Part shown: positions 32,183-42,997 of the stretch, one piece after another | Layout of the letters: each line of letters opens with the position of its first letter | Position numbering within the stretch: the stretch's first letter is position 1 | Assembly: GCA_038893835.1 (NCBI GenBank) | Contig: JAWAQR010000001.1 | Span: 1-64,000 of the forward strand | Length of the DNA: 64,000 bases | Origin: Archaeoglobaceae archaeon | GTDB lineage: Archaea; Halobacteriota; Archaeoglobi; Archaeoglobales; Archaeoglobaceae | Reading direction: 5' to 3' | Notes under the pieces: generated by a model | What the model saw: only the letters and a program-made list of their open reading frames with translations | Databases searched by the model: none | What the model was told of the DNA's origin: nothing | Translations under genes and position numbers: made by a program

Positions 32183-33427
32183 ATGGAAGAAGTTTATATA
32201 GTCGATTTTATCCGCTCCGCCTTTTCCCGTTCACGTCCAAGAGAGCCCGAGAAGGATGTATATAACAAAATAGATATGCCTGCTGTAGCTGCGATGCTTG
32301 TAAGGGAGATGATAGATCGAACGAACATAGATCCAAGGGATATAGGAGACATAATCACCGGATGCACGATGCAAATGGGTGAAAACTGGCTTTATGGAGG
32401 AAGAATAATAAATTTGCTCGCAGATCTACCAATTGAAGTCCCAGCACAGGGTACGGAAAGGGTTTGCATATCTGGAATGTCTGCAATGCATCAGTGTGCA
32501 ATGGAAATAATGCTGGGCTACAGCGATATTACCATCGCATGTGGAATAGAGCACATGACCCATCTACCAATGCAACCAGATTTGAACCCGCACATGGGAA
32601 TATCGCCAACTCTGATGAAAAGAATGGATCTAATTCAAAAATACGATCTGATGACTGCAATGAGCATGGGTCTTACTGCAGAGAAATTGTTTGAAAAATG
32701 GAAGGAAAAGCTAGGTTGGACAAAAAGAGATCTTGACGAATGGGGAGTCAGGAGTCACAGGCTTGCAACTGAGGCTTTGAGAAAGAACTACTTCCTGAGT
32801 GGAGAAGGATATCCGACAAAGCGCAAGGGAGAGATTTTACCGATCGAAGTTGAGCTATCAGATGGAAGTAGAAAAGTTATCGATGTGGACCAGTCAATAA
32901 GACCAGATACTAGCTTAGAGGTTGTGGAAAAGCTTCCGCCAGCCTTTAAGCTTGGAGGTGTTATAACTGCTGGCAACTCTTCTCCATTGAACGCTGGAGC
33001 ATCTGCAATAATGCTGATGAGCAAAAAGAAGATGAAGGAATATGGTCTCGAACCGATGGCTAAAATAGTTTCAATGGGCTGGGCAGGGGTTGATCCGAGC
33101 GTTATGGGCGAAGGGCCTGTGCCGGCAACTCAGAAAGCTTTAAAGTATGCAAAACTGGAAATTAAGGACATAGATTTCTGGGAGATAAATGAGGCCTTCG
33201 CAGTTGTAACGCTATTTGCAATAAAGATGTTGAAAATAGATCCAGAAAAAGTCAACACGAGAGGAGGGGCAATAGCTATAGGTCATCCACTTGCAGCGAG
33301 TGGCATAAGGATTACCGGTACTCTTGCAAGGATTTTGAACATAGAAAATGCAAAATATGGATGCGCAACCCTCTGCGGCGGTGGAGGGCAGGGAGGAGCT
33401 ACGATAATAGAGAACGTGAACGTCTAA
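32183..33427 (+). CDS. Acetyl-CoA C-acyltransferase (thiolase)
   Basis: RVCISG, TAGNSS, EINEAF, GGAIAIGHP, LCGGGGQG. Confidence 0.93.
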   Translation: MEEVYIVDFIRSAFSRSRPREPEKDVYNKIDMPAVAAMLVREMIDRTNIDPRDIGDIITGCTMQMGENWLYGGRIINLLADLPIEVPAQGTERVCISGMSAMHQCAMEIMLGYSDITIACGIEHMTHLPMQPDLNPHMGISPTLMKRMDLIQKYDLMTAMSMGLTAEKLFEKWKEKLGWTKRDLDEWGVRSHRLATEALRKNYFLSGEGYPTKRKGEILPIEVELSDGSRKVIDVDQSIRPDTSLEVVEKLPPAFKLGGVITAGNSSPLNAGASAIMLMSKKKMKEYGLEPMAKIVSMGWAGVDPSVMGEGPVPATQKALKYAKLEIKDIDFWEINEAFAVVTLFAIKMLKIDPEKVNTRGGAIAIGHPLAASGIRITGTLARILNIENAKYGCATLCGGGGQGGATIIENVNV

Positions 33428-33488
33428 TTTTATTTATATATTTCGAATTTTAGCAACAAATTTAAAAATTTCTAAATCTAGAATTTTT

Positions 33489-34055
33489 ATGCTTAGCAAG
33501 TTTAAACCGCTGCTCACGGAGTTATTGAGACCGATGGCAAATGTTCTTGGAAAATTCTTGAAACCGAACCAAATAACGATACTTGGATTATTTCTTGGCT
33601 TTCTTGCATTTTTTCTAATCGTCCAGCGTGAGATATTTATTGCGGCAATCTTCGTTCTACTCAGTGGAATCTTCGACTTCCTCGATGGAATCGTGGCAAG
33701 AACTCAAAAGCTTGTCACGGATTTTGGCGGATTTCTCGATTCGGTAGTTGATAGATACGTGGACATCTTGATCCTCATAGCCCTTGGTATATATGGCATT
33801 GACTGGTTACTCATTGCAATTGCGATGAGCGGTGCGCTGATGGTTAGCTATACTAGAGCAAGGGCTGAAAAAATAATAGAGAGATGCGATGTAGGAATAG
33901 CTGAGAGGGGAGAAAGGATGATCTTTCTTTTCCTTTCAATGCTCACGGGCTACATCTATGAAGGTATTCTCATCATTGCAGCTCTGAGTCATATAACAGC
34001 TATCCACAGAATTCTTTACACTTTCAAAAAAACTAGAAATAAGTTCATCGCCTAA
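33489..34055 (+). CDS. CDP-alcohol phosphatidyltransferase (archaetidylinositol-phosphate synthase-like)
   Basis: PNQIT, DFLDGIVAR, GGFLDSVVDRYVD, VSYTRARAE, GIAERGER. Confidence 0.88.
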   Translation: MLSKFKPLLTELLRPMANVLGKFLKPNQITILGLFLGFLAFFLIVQREIFIAAIFVLLSGIFDFLDGIVARTQKLVTDFGGFLDSVVDRYVDILILIALGIYGIDWLLIAIAMSGALMVSYTRARAEKIIERCDVGIAERGERMIFLFLSMLTGYIYEGILIIAALSHITAIHRILYTFKKTRNKFIA

Positions 34056-34484
34056 GCTCTGAGGGTAGCAGAGATGAAACTATCCCAAGTATTCCGAGAT
34101 AGACCTGTTTGTATCCACACTTTTCCTTTCCCATTGAATTCTGCAACCAATCCCTCACCGCTGAAAAGTGTGGCTTTAAGTCCTCCAGCTCCCTTTATTT
34201 TGAAGTCCAAGGAATCTTCAAACTCCACTATGTGTCTGGTGTAGACTGAGGGTTTTCCGTCAACTTCGAGAACTTCTATTCCGCCAAATGAGGAGAGAAA
34301 GAGATCTCCACTTCCCTCTATCTTTAAAAGAAAAAGCCCTTCTCCGGCAAAGAAAGTTTTAGCCCTGCCCCATTTCACATCGATGTTCAGAGTTGGAGAA
34401 GAATGACTCTCCACCCAGCAGAGTTCTCTTCAAACCACTCAGCAGCCCGCCTTTCATCGTTGGTGAAAGTTCTACATTTCTCAT
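34052..34484 (-). pseudogene. Degraded TIGR00266/AIM24 family gene
   Basis: One frame gives MRNVELSPTMKGGLLSGLKRTLLGGESFF, a second gives SSPTLNIDVKWGRAKTFFAGEGLFLL...GGLKATLFSGEGLV...WIQT, and another shift gives RSISEYLG followed by TAG. The family N-terminus is absent. Confidence 0.8.
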
Positions 34485-34523
34485 GTAATTATGCAATAGT
34501 TCATTAAGAGTTGACCCCTTAAA

Positions 34524-35666
34524 TTAAAGTTTCTGCACGATTTCAGCAATTTTTTCAACCGCGAAATCAATTTCCTCCTTCTTTATTATTAGTGGAGGGA
34601 CAATTCTTATGTTATCATCTGAAGTAGCGTTGAGGATCAGTCCTTTTTCTAAAGCTTTTCTAACGACTTCTTCAGCATTCTTAATTCCAACTCCGATCAT
34701 TAGACCCTTTCCACGCACATCATCGCTCAAATCTCGCAACTTTTTCATGAAATACTCCCCCATCCTCTCCGCGTTCTCGACCAGTTTGTACTTCTCAATT
34801 ATTTCTATTGTCGCAATCGATGCTGTGCAAGCTAATGGATTTCCGCCAAAAGTTGATCCATGATCACCTTTTTCAAGTTTCTCTGCAACCTCCTCCTTCA
34901 TCGCTGCACAGCCTATTGGAAATCCTGAACCCATAGCTTTTGCCATCGCCATTATATCTGGTTCAAAGCCATAGTGCTCCTTTGCAAACCATTTTCCAGT
35001 TCTTCCAAAGCCTGTCTGAACTTCATCGAAAATTACAAGAAATCCATATTTTTCCTTAAGCTCAAATATAACCTTTACAAATTCCCTTTCCGCAGGAAAA
35101 ACTCCTGCTTCTCCTTGGATGAGTTCGAGAATTACTGCAGAAGTTTCTGAATCAACTTTTCTTTCTAAATCAGTGATGTCATTAAAATTTGCAAACTCAA
35201 CTGGCTGAACTAAAGGCTCAAATGCCTTTCTGAACTTCTCCTTATAAGTGATTGACAAAGATCCCATCGTTCTTCCATGGAATGCGTTTTTAAAAGCAAC
35301 AAACTTTTTTTTACCAGTTGCCTTCCTTGCAAACTTCAGCGAAGCTTCCATCGCCTCGGTTCCACTGTTACAGAAGAAGAATCTGTCCATTTTCGTTATT
35401 TTCCTGAGTTTTTCTGCAAGAATTATCTGCGGAATTGTATAAAATAGATTTGAAACATGGACGAGTTTTTTTAATTGTTCACAAACTCTTTCGATGAACT
35501 CCGGATGAGAATGACCTATAGAAACACAAGCTATTCCAGCGACTAAGTCTAAATATTTTTTTCCATTTACGTCATATAGATAACAACCCTCCCCTCTTTC
35601 AAAAACAACACCCATTCTTTTATAAACCTGTGGTATCAGCTTTTGTTCCATTTCGATCCAGTTCAT
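34524..35666 (-). CDS. argD: Acetylornithine aminotransferase (class III)
   Basis: [39 protein letters not shown]. Confidence 0.92.
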   Translation of the reverse strand: MNWIEMEQKLIPQVYKRMGVVFERGEGCYLYDVNGKKYLDLVAGIACVSIGHSHPEFIERVCEQLKKLVHVSNLFYTIPQIILAEKLRKITKMDRFFFCNSGTEAMEASLKFARKATGKKKFVAFKNAFHGRTMGSLSITYKEKFRKAFEPLVQPVEFANFNDITDLERKVDSETSAVILELIQGEAGVFPAEREFVKVIFELKEKYGFLVIFDEVQTGFGRTGKWFAKEHYGFEPDIMAMAKAMGSGFPIGCAAMKEEVAEKLEKGDHGSTFGGNPLACTASIATIEIIEKYKLVENAERMGEYFMKKLRDLSDDVRGKGLMIGVGIKNAEEVVRKALEKGLILNATSDDNIRIVPPLIIKKEEIDFAVEKIAEIVQKL

Positions 35667-36805
35667 CTCCTCACCCTTAAGAAGTAATCCATCAACTTTA
35701 ATCCATCCATCACACCATACCTTCCTTCAAGACAAGATATTTCCGAGAACGTTTTTACATCATCTCTTTCAAAGCCGTAAATTGCAAATGGGACGCTTTC
35801 GGCAACATGAGTTCTCAGCTCAACTGGTGTTGGATGATCTGGAATTAGGAGAATTTTCAACTCACTTAAATCTGCTTTGTCAAGTATTTTTCCCACAAGT
35901 TTTTCATCGTAGATTTCTATCGCTTCTATTTTCCCTTCAAGATTTCCTTCATGACTCACTTCATCTATTCCCTCGGTATGAACTACGACTAGGTCAAAAG
36001 TTTTCAGAGCCTTTAAAGATTGCCTTACTATTCCTTTGTAATTCGTATCAACATACCCCGTTAACCCATCCACTTCGATAGACTCAAATCCAATTCCTTT
36101 TGCTATTCCTTTCAAAAGGTCAACTTCCGAAATCATCGCCCCCTTGATTCCTCGAATTTCTGATAAGTTTGGAAATTTTGGCATCTTTCCTCCTCCCCAT
36201 GGCCAGATCATGTTGGCTTTTTCCGTAACTTCTGGCAACACTCTTTTTGACCACTCGATCAAATCGATAAGCAATTCTGCCAGTTCTCCATCTTTTGGAA
36301 AGTAATCTTCAACCTTCTTTCCCAGAATATCATGTGGCGGATAAGTTTTCACCTCTCCAAATTCTCTCCTTATTATTAGCAGATTTCTGTAGCTTTTTCC
36401 TGGGTAAAACTCGATGAAATCATATTTCTTTTTTGAATTTAGATACCTTATTACTTTCCTCGCCTCATCGTCATCAATTCTTCCCCCAGCATAGTCTAGC
36501 ATGACGTCAGAAGCTTTAACGAGGTTACAGCGAAAAACCATTTTTGCATTTATACCCTTGGCAAGCGCCTCTATTGGTCCACGTCCAGTGTAGTATTTCT
36601 TAACATCTATTCCAAGAATCGTTAGATTTGCTATATCGCTACCCGGCTCGAATCCTTTTGGTATGGTATTGGCCTTTCCACATGCCCCTTCTTTGGCTAT
36701 GAAGTCCATGTTTGGCTTTTCAGCAACTTCCAGTGGTGTTTTTTTACCAAGTCTCTCTATTCTCCAGTCTGCCATTCCATCGGGGACGAGTAAAAGAAAT
36801 TTCAT
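35663..36805 (-). CDS. apgM: Cofactor-independent phosphoglycerate mutase
   Basis: [37 protein letters not shown]. Confidence 0.92.
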   Translation of the reverse strand: MKFLLLVPDGMADWRIERLGKKTPLEVAEKPNMDFIAKEGACGKANTIPKGFEPGSDIANLTILGIDVKKYYTGRGPIEALAKGINAKMVFRCNLVKASDVMLDYAGGRIDDDEARKVIRYLNSKKKYDFIEFYPGKSYRNLLIIRREFGEVKTYPPHDILGKKVEDYFPKDGELAELLIDLIEWSKRVLPEVTEKANMIWPWGGGKMPKFPNLSEIRGIKGAMISEVDLLKGIAKGIGFESIEVDGLTGYVDTNYKGIVRQSLKALKTFDLVVVHTEGIDEVSHEGNLEGKIEAIEIYDEKLVGKILDKADLSELKILLIPDHPTPVELRTHVAESVPFAIYGFERDDVKTFSEISCLEGRYGVMDGLKLMDYFLRVRR

Positions 36806-38442
36806 AACAATTCCCCGCAGTCAAAGATTTGCGTTAAATCAATTTCAAATGCCACGACTGGGTAAGGAATGCCAAAATTCTCTAAAACTTCTGGATGGAC
36901 TTCTCCGAAAATTCCTACGCTTTTTCCATTTACAACAACCTTACCTTGTCTCCCGATTATAAAAGCTCCATCTTCGGATTCTTCAATTCTCCAGTCAACA
37001 CCTATTTCTCTCATGAAAGCCTGAACATAGCTTCTGATTTCTGAGAAGGTTGCCCTAGAATTCATCAAACAGAAACAAAGGTTTAACCTGTTCTTCCCAG
37101 CAACAACAACATCTCCAACTTCAAATATCTTTACTGGAAGTTCGCAATGCACGTTATATGCGAGAACTTCAAGAAGCTTTGAAAGAAGCTCAGTTCTCAC
37201 AATGGTGTGCTCCACTGTAAGTGGATGCATCAGTACAACGTAATCCTCCCATGGCTTTGCAGATCTCCTAAGATTGCTATAAGATTTTTCACTCGTAAGA
37301 GTGAAAGTGATAACCTCAGTGAACCCCAGGCCTATCATTATCTCTCTAACAACGTTCCTAATCTCATTCCACGGATGAGCTTCACCTATTGTTGTCGTCT
37401 TTGGATATTCAGGAGGAATTCTTTCATAACCAAAACCTATTGCGATATCTTCGATGACATCCCACTCATGCATGATGTCCGCCCTGTATGGAGGTACAAG
37501 AACTTCAAAGACATCTCCTTTTTCTTTGCAACCAAATCTCATTTTTTCAAGTGCTAAAATGACGTCTTTTTCTGGAATATTTAGTCCTAGAAGTGAATAT
37601 ATTTCTTCTTTCCTCACTTCTATTTTCCTAGGACTAAGATCGGGTGTTATTTCCTTTCTATCTGGATAAATTACTTCTACAGTTTCTATTTCCCCTCCTC
37701 TATCGCTGAGCATGCATGCCAGAATCTTCAACGCCTTATCAACATATTCATCGAACCCGGTTACGTCGATGAATAGATTTTTCGTCCTCTCAGTAACTCT
37801 CGTTTTCTCAGCATTTATTATTGGCGGAAAAGAAATTGCTTCATTCTTTGAATCGATGATCATTGGATATTCTTTTTTCCCATGAAGTATAAAACCGTAT
37901 TCCTTTCCTTTTGGATGCTCCTTTAAGATTTCTTCAACGCTCATTCTTCTATTGGAATCCAATGGGATAAAGGAAAAGTTTGAGTCGACTGTAAGATATC
38001 TTAGTGGGAAGTAAACCTTGCTTAGATCGTGAATACCTATTGCCATTCTACGTCTGTTTCTTCCTATTGTCCAATGCAGGTCTTCCTGAATCTCTATAAG
38101 GCTCCTTATGACTTCATCGCTCATTTCTATGTTTCTAACAACGCATCCCACGATTCTGGGTCTAACAGAGAGAACGTTTTTTTCAACGAATATCTTCCAT
38201 CCTCCATCCCTTGTCTTATACTCCTTCAAGCCAGTTTCGATGCCAAGAAAACCTCTTAAAGCTCTTGCCACTCCTTCAATGCTGTACAAATCAGGTCTGT
38301 TTGGAAAGAACTCAACGGATATAGTTTCTTCATCATACCTTTCTACGTCGCAACCGATCATTGGTAATTTCTCCAAAATTAAATCTCTGTTCGCTCCAAC
38401 AAGTTTTTCAAGTTCTTTCCAGTTAAGAGTGATTACGGGCAT
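36802..38442 (-). CDS. pheT: Phenylalanine--tRNA ligase beta subunit
   Basis: [39 protein letters not shown]. Confidence 0.96.
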   Translation of the reverse strand: MPVITLNWKELEKLVGANRDLILEKLPMIGCDVERYDEETISVEFFPNRPDLYSIEGVARALRGFLGIETGLKEYKTRDGGWKIFVEKNVLSVRPRIVGCVVRNIEMSDEVIRSLIEIQEDLHWTIGRNRRRMAIGIHDLSKVYFPLRYLTVDSNFSFIPLDSNRRMSVEEILKEHPKGKEYGFILHGKKEYPMIIDSKNEAISFPPIINAEKTRVTERTKNLFIDVTGFDEYVDKALKILACMLSDRGGEIETVEVIYPDRKEITPDLSPRKIEVRKEEIYSLLGLNIPEKDVILALEKMRFGCKEKGDVFEVLVPPYRADIMHEWDVIEDIAIGFGYERIPPEYPKTTTIGEAHPWNEIRNVVREIMIGLGFTEVITFTLTSEKSYSNLRRSAKPWEDYVVLMHPLTVEHTIVRTELLSKLLEVLAYNVHCELPVKIFEVGDVVVAGKNRLNLCFCLMNSRATFSEIRSYVQAFMREIGVDWRIEESEDGAFIIGRQGKVVVNGKSVGIFGEVHPEVLENFGIPYPVVAFEIDLTQIFDCGELL

Positions 38443-38519
38443 TAGTACTGCTAAATCTCGCGGATAAAAATCCTTTTCCGATTTATGACAAAATTTTTAA
38501 ATCACAGACTACGTTCATT

Positions 38520-38912
38520 ATGGAAACAAAGTTCATAATAAAGACGTTGTTCATAGCTTGGGAAAATGGGCAATATGTTGTAGGTCCAAGCGATTTGGCA
38601 AAGAAACTGGGAATTTCCAAATCAACAGCTCAAAAAATTCTGCTGAAAATTTCGAAATTGGGGTATGGAATTTATGTAGAAAGGAAGGGTCTAATCTTAA
38701 CTGAAAAAGGTATCAATGAAGGAAAAAAGCTTATGAGAAGACATAGACTCGTTGAATGCCTGCTGGAAGATCTTGGTGTTGAAAAAGAACTCATTTGCTG
38801 CGAAGCTTCTAAAATAGATCTGGAACTAGGAGAAGAACTAGAGAAGTTCATCGAAAGGAAATATGGTAAAAGGGGGATTTGTCCATGTGGAAAACCTATA
38901 CCCTCGTTCTAA
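38520..38912 (+). CDS. DtxR/MntR-like metal-dependent transcriptional regulator
   Basis: wHTH (SDLAKKLGISKST), LTEKG, RRHRLVE, CPCGKPIP; first gene of the metal ABC operon. Confidence 0.85.
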   Translation: METKFIIKTLFIAWENGQYVVGPSDLAKKLGISKSTAQKILLKISKLGYGIYVERKGLILTEKGINEGKKLMRRHRLVECLLEDLGVEKELICCEASKIDLELGEELEKFIERKYGKRGICPCGKPIPSF

Positions 38913-39769
38913 TTCTATTTTCTGTAGCAAATGCAGGTATAGTTGTTTCGATTCCAGATTTAAAACCTTTAGTTGAAGAAATATATGGAGAAAGTGTTAA
39001 AAGTATACTTCCATCTAACGTGGATCCTCACATGTTCTCTCTGAGCTATAGAGATCTGGAAATGGCTAAGAAAGCGAAAATGTTGATCTTGGCAAACTCG
39101 AAGCTTTTGGGTTTTGAAGAAGAACTGAAAGGTCTTTGTAACGAAACTCTGGACTTTGAAGATTACGAAGCAACAATTCTCAGCTTTCCTGGAATTGGTA
39201 AGAACTACCATGCCTACTGGCTTTACCCTGAAAATGGTGTGAAGATCGCTTTAAAAGTAAAGGAGAAGCTATCATCCATTTTTCCGGAGAATGCTGAGAA
39301 ATACGAGAAGAACTTTGAAAGATTTGTGCATCATCTTTCCAAAACGGAGAGAGATGCAGAAAAAATAGTTTCCAAAGTTAAGAATTACGACTTCATCGCA
39401 ATGGATCCACATGTTGCCTATGCGATTTCAGCGTTGAAGTTGAATGTTTCATTCGTTTTTCCTGAAGAAATTTCTCCAAGTATTTTAGAAATTCCTAAAA
39501 AAAGAGGGAATTGCATTTTGGTGATGGCTGAATATCAAAAGGGAACAAAGCTTGAGGAGGTTGCAAAAAAATTAGCTTCAGAAATGGAATGTGGAATCTC
39601 TGTCATAGACGTTTTGTCGAACATCAGCTACGAATCCCGGCTGGTATTAAATGCGGCAAGACTTTCAAATCCGCAGATTGTAGAGAGGGAAGGGTTCATC
39701 GTATATTTGCTTGGAGCGATTACAGTTTTTGAAGCAGTAGTCATCGCAATTCTATGGCGATTGAGGTAA
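38879..39769 (+). CDS. Metal (Zn/Mn-type) ABC transporter substrate-binding protein
   Basis: Signal peptide, DPH, NYHAYW.YP, PENAEKYEKN, C-terminal TM helix. Confidence 0.85.
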   Translation: MSMWKTYTLVLILFSVANAGIVVSIPDLKPLVEEIYGESVKSILPSNVDPHMFSLSYRDLEMAKKAKMLILANSKLLGFEEELKGLCNETLDFEDYEATILSFPGIGKNYHAYWLYPENGVKIALKVKEKLSSIFPENAEKYEKNFERFVHHLSKTERDAEKIVSKVKNYDFIAMDPHVAYAISALKLNVSFVFPEEISPSILEIPKKRGNCILVMAEYQKGTKLEEVAKKLASEMECGISVIDVLSNISYESRLVLNAARLSNPQIVEREGFIVYLLGAITVFEAVVIAILWRLR

Positions 39770-40473
39770 AAAATCTGAGTTTTTCGTATGGAAAAAGAAG
39801 GATACTCGAAAGAATAAGTTTTGAGATAAAAGAAGGGGAATTTGTGGCAATTTTGGGCCCTAATGGGGCTGGAAAGACTACTTTGCTAAAGTGTATCTTG
39901 GGATTGCTGAAGGCTGAGGGAGAAATTTTGGTCTTAAAAAAGGATCCCAGAAAGTGCAAAGAAGTTCTTAATCATATTTCTTACGTTCCACAGAAAAGTT
40001 CTCTCTCAACAGAATTACCTGTTAGAGTTATAGATGTTCTAAGGATGAATTCAAAGAAATTGGACTGGAATTTGATAGAAGAGCTTGAAATCTCGGACAA
40101 GCTTGAACTTCTCTTTCGCGAACTAAGCGGGGGATTTCAACAGAGGGTTTTGATAGCGAGGGCATTAATGAAGAGACCAAAAATCCTTCTTCTTGATGAA
40201 CCATTTAACGGTGTGGACGTTTTGAGTCAAAAGAAGATCGTAGAGATTTTGGAAAAAGTTAAAGCAACGAAAATAATCGTAGTTCACAACATAAACCCGA
40301 TCTTGCATGCTATTGACAAAGTTATGCTTTTGAATCGAGAAATGATAGCCTTTGGAAAACCAAACGATGTTTTTACAAAGGAGAACTTATTTAAGGCTTA
40401 CAACACTGAAATTCCGGTTGTAATCTGTGAGGAAGGAGTAATACATCCACTTTACGGTGATCAACATGGATAG
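39754..40473 (+). CDS. Metal ABC transporter ATP-binding protein
   Basis: GPNGAGKT, YVPQ, LSGG, LLLDEP; C-terminal C..HP..H. Confidence 0.92.
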   Translation: MAIEVKNLSFSYGKRRILERISFEIKEGEFVAILGPNGAGKTTLLKCILGLLKAEGEILVLKKDPRKCKEVLNHISYVPQKSSLSTELPVRVIDVLRMNSKKLDWNLIEELEISDKLELLFRELSGGFQQRVLIARALMKRPKILLLDEPFNGVDVLSQKKIVEILEKVKATKIIVVHNINPILHAIDKVMLLNREMIAFGKPNDVFTKENLFKAYNTEIPVVICEEGVIHPLYGDQHG

Positions 40474-41242
40474 CATTTTTGCATCTATTTTTTTGATTTC
40501 CATGATTTCATCAATTTCTGGATGTCTTTCAGTCTTTAGAAAAGCTTCTTTCCTTATCGCAAGCGTATCACATTCAGCATTAGCTGGAGTGGCCTTTTCT
40601 CTTCTTTTATCATCTTACGGAATTGAAATAGACTACTTCATTGTAGCCATAGCTTTTGCAACGATTCTTTCAGCAATCGCAACGCTTCTTTCAAAATTCC
40701 ATAATATAGATGTTGGAATAAGCATATCCTTTGCCCTTTCAATGTCGTTGGCGGTAATCTTTTTATCCCTTTCCAAAAATTTTGCTGCAAAACTCTGGAA
40801 TTTTATGTTTGGCGAACTTTATTTGCTAACAGAAAAAGATTTTCTCTACCTCGTCATCTCCGCGATCCTAGTTCTTTTATTCTTTGTATTTTTTTATGAA
40901 AAATTCCTTTTTTATCTCTTCGATCCCGAAGGGGCAGAAGCTTCTGGCTTGAACGTTAAAGCACTCGATGCAATTCTTTTTGCAATCATTACAATTTCCG
41001 TAGTTTCTGTGGTAAGAAGCGTTGGAGCGATATTGGCTTATGCAATATTCATCGCCCCTTCAGCGATTGGAAAGAAATTTGCCCGAAACGTCATGCAAAA
41101 CCTGCTCTATTCCTTTCTGATAACCTCCCTATGTTTGACCTCCGGATTCTTCATATCTCTTCTACTCCCAATCTCTGCAAGCGCGATTTCCGCTTTTTTA
41201 GCTTCAATCATCTACCTCTTTGCAATGTTTAGAAAAGATTGA
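40457..41242 (+). CDS. Metal ABC transporter permease (ABC-3)
   Basis: SHSALAG, FG, FDPEGAEASG, VGAILA. Confidence 0.9.
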   Translation: MINMDSIFASIFLISMISSISGCLSVFRKASFLIASVSHSALAGVAFSLLLSSYGIEIDYFIVAIAFATILSAIATLLSKFHNIDVGISISFALSMSLAVIFLSLSKNFAAKLWNFMFGELYLLTEKDFLYLVISAILVLLFFVFFYEKFLFYLFDPEGAEASGLNVKALDAILFAIITISVVSVVRSVGAILAYAIFIAPSAIGKKFARNVMQNLLYSFLITSLCLTSGFFISLLLPISASAISAFLASIIYLFAMFRKD

Positions 41243-41295
41243 TCAATCGAAAATCTTACTTGAGATGGATCATGACTGGAATAATTCTCGACTTC

Positions 41296-42288
41296 TTAAC
41301 AGCAGACTATCGCTTCTATATCGATAAAACTAGCCCTTCTAACCAGTGTTGCAATAGGGTTTTTTGCATTTCTGAAATTCCATTTTTTGTGGAAAACGAT
41401 GTAACCTTTTTTTAGTCCAAGCTTACCACCAAAGATCCTGTGACCGTTTATTGCAGCCCTTAAAATACTCCAATCATCCTTTAAGATCAGGGAAGAAAAA
41501 TGCATCTCTTCTAGCATCGAGGGATTGAAAAGCATTCCATTGTCTGTTCCAAGAAGCCATTTTTCGTAGGATGAAAGAATTTTGTAGGCTCTTGGGTTAA
41601 CCAAATCGAAGAATGCGTTCGATCTTATACATGAGACAATAGGAATCTCCTCTTCGATTAAATTTCGAAGAAAATCGATACAGGAATTCATATGCACAAC
41701 GAGGTCAGGTTTTAGCTCTATTGCCCTTTCAACATCATCGCAGTCAATTTCCCCAGCATGGATTGCGAACATTAAATTCCTTTTTTTCGCAATTTTTCTC
41801 ACTTCTATTAAAAAATCGAGATTGTGATCCCGAACGCTGCTCATAGCAAAGCCTATGCAGCTCATTTTTTCTGCCTCTTCAACACTTCTAGGCCTTCCTA
41901 GAGGGATTATGCAATCTATACCTTCAACAACCCTTAATCCCTCCATCCCCGATTCGCGAAAATCGAGGAAAAATGCAGTTCCAGCCTTTTTTGCAATTTC
42001 AATCTCGTTTAAAATTGCGGATCTGAGCTCTTCTATAGAATGAGAGCTAAGGATTCTGAACTTGTATCCTCCAGGACCAACCATTGAGCGAAGATCTATG
42101 AATGGTGGATCTTTTGCAATCGAATCTCCAAGATGTGTATGTGCGTTGAAAAAAGTTGGAGTTATTATGAAATCCTCAAAGTCCACTCTACTCTCCTCAA
42201 ACTTCCCTTCTACGAGATATCCGTGTCTTATTCCATCGATGTCTATGTATATTCCTCTATATCCATATGAACTTGCAAGCTTCTTCAT
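41296..42288 (-). CDS. Amidohydrolase family protein
   Basis: PTFFNAHTHLGDS, DFRE, IHAGE, VVHM, CIRSN, LGTDN; exact start uncertain. Confidence 0.88.
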   Translation of the reverse strand: MKKLASSYGYRGIYIDIDGIRHGYLVEGKFEESRVDFEDFIITPTFFNAHTHLGDSIAKDPPFIDLRSMVGPGGYKFRILSSHSIEELRSAILNEIEIAKKAGTAFFLDFRESGMEGLRVVEGIDCIIPLGRPRSVEEAEKMSCIGFAMSSVRDHNLDFLIEVRKIAKKRNLMFAIHAGEIDCDDVERAIELKPDLVVHMNSCIDFLRNLIEEEIPIVSCIRSNAFFDLVNPRAYKILSSYEKWLLGTDNGMLFNPSMLEEMHFSSLILKDDWSILRAAINGHRIFGGKLGLKKGYIVFHKKWNFRNAKNPIATLVRRASFIDIEAIVCC

Positions 42289-42922
42289 ATCCAATTTCAA
42301 CCACCGTATCGACGAATGCAATATGCCTTCTTATCAATCTCAACCATTCTTCATCGTTCACTTTTTCTCCTTTAAGCTCTTTCATTGCAATTTCATAAAG
42401 TCTGTCGATCGGTCTTTTGAAGTCGTAGAGCATAACTCTTTCAACCTTAAAGTCTCCCTCAAGCTCTTTTTCAACCTGTATTGGAATATTTATGCAAGCA
42501 TTTCTTTTTCCAGCATTCTCCCTTATCTTCATTTCTATGTATTCAGCGGACTCATTTCTAGATTCGAGATCCCTAAATATCACCCTTTTCCATTCATCAA
42601 CCTCTATCTTTTTGCTTATCTTCGCCCTTAAAACAAGCCTTGCTAGCTCCAGTTGTGCATTAACTCTCTCCCTTGATGCCTTGTTTTCAAGATAACAGTA
42701 AATTGGAATACCCTCCTCCCAACAAAATCTTATTATCGGTTCAGACGCTCTTAAATCCTGTGAAAGACCTATCTCCACTTCTGGAATCATTCCATTTGCG
42801 AAGTATGCTTCGAAGTGTTCAGGCAAGTCGAGGAAAACAGTATCGAATTCTATCTTTCTCATAAAATCCACAACCTTTTCTCTGTTCCAGCTGGTATTTA
42901 CAGTGAGGAAGTTGACGATCAT
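42257..42922 (-). CDS. Hypothetical protein
   Basis: 221-aa ORF with native codon style, overlapping the amidohydrolase start and divergent from polB; no motif recognised. Confidence 0.75.
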   Translation of the reverse strand: MIVNFLTVNTSWNREKVVDFMRKIEFDTVFLDLPEHFEAYFANGMIPEVEIGLSQDLRASEPIIRFCWEEGIPIYCYLENKASRERVNAQLELARLVLRAKISKKIEVDEWKRVIFRDLESRNESAEYIEMKIRENAGKRNACINIPIQVEKELEGDFKVERVMLYDFKRPIDRLYEIAMKELKGEKVNDEEWLRLIRRHIAFVDTVVEIGYEEACKFIWI

Positions 42923-42997
42923 CGACTTGGTTCATCAAAACTCTTTAAAAATCTTGGCTTCGGTTAAACTTAAATCTCTTTTAAGGTTATTAAAAAT

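Noticed and set aside
42245-42290. Possible 1-nt frameshift at the amidohydrolase start (ATG GAT ATA GAG GA ATA TAC, which would read MDIEGIY)
   Set aside because: An in-frame ATG at 42288 gives an intact gene with an ordinary overlap; unresolved without an alignment.
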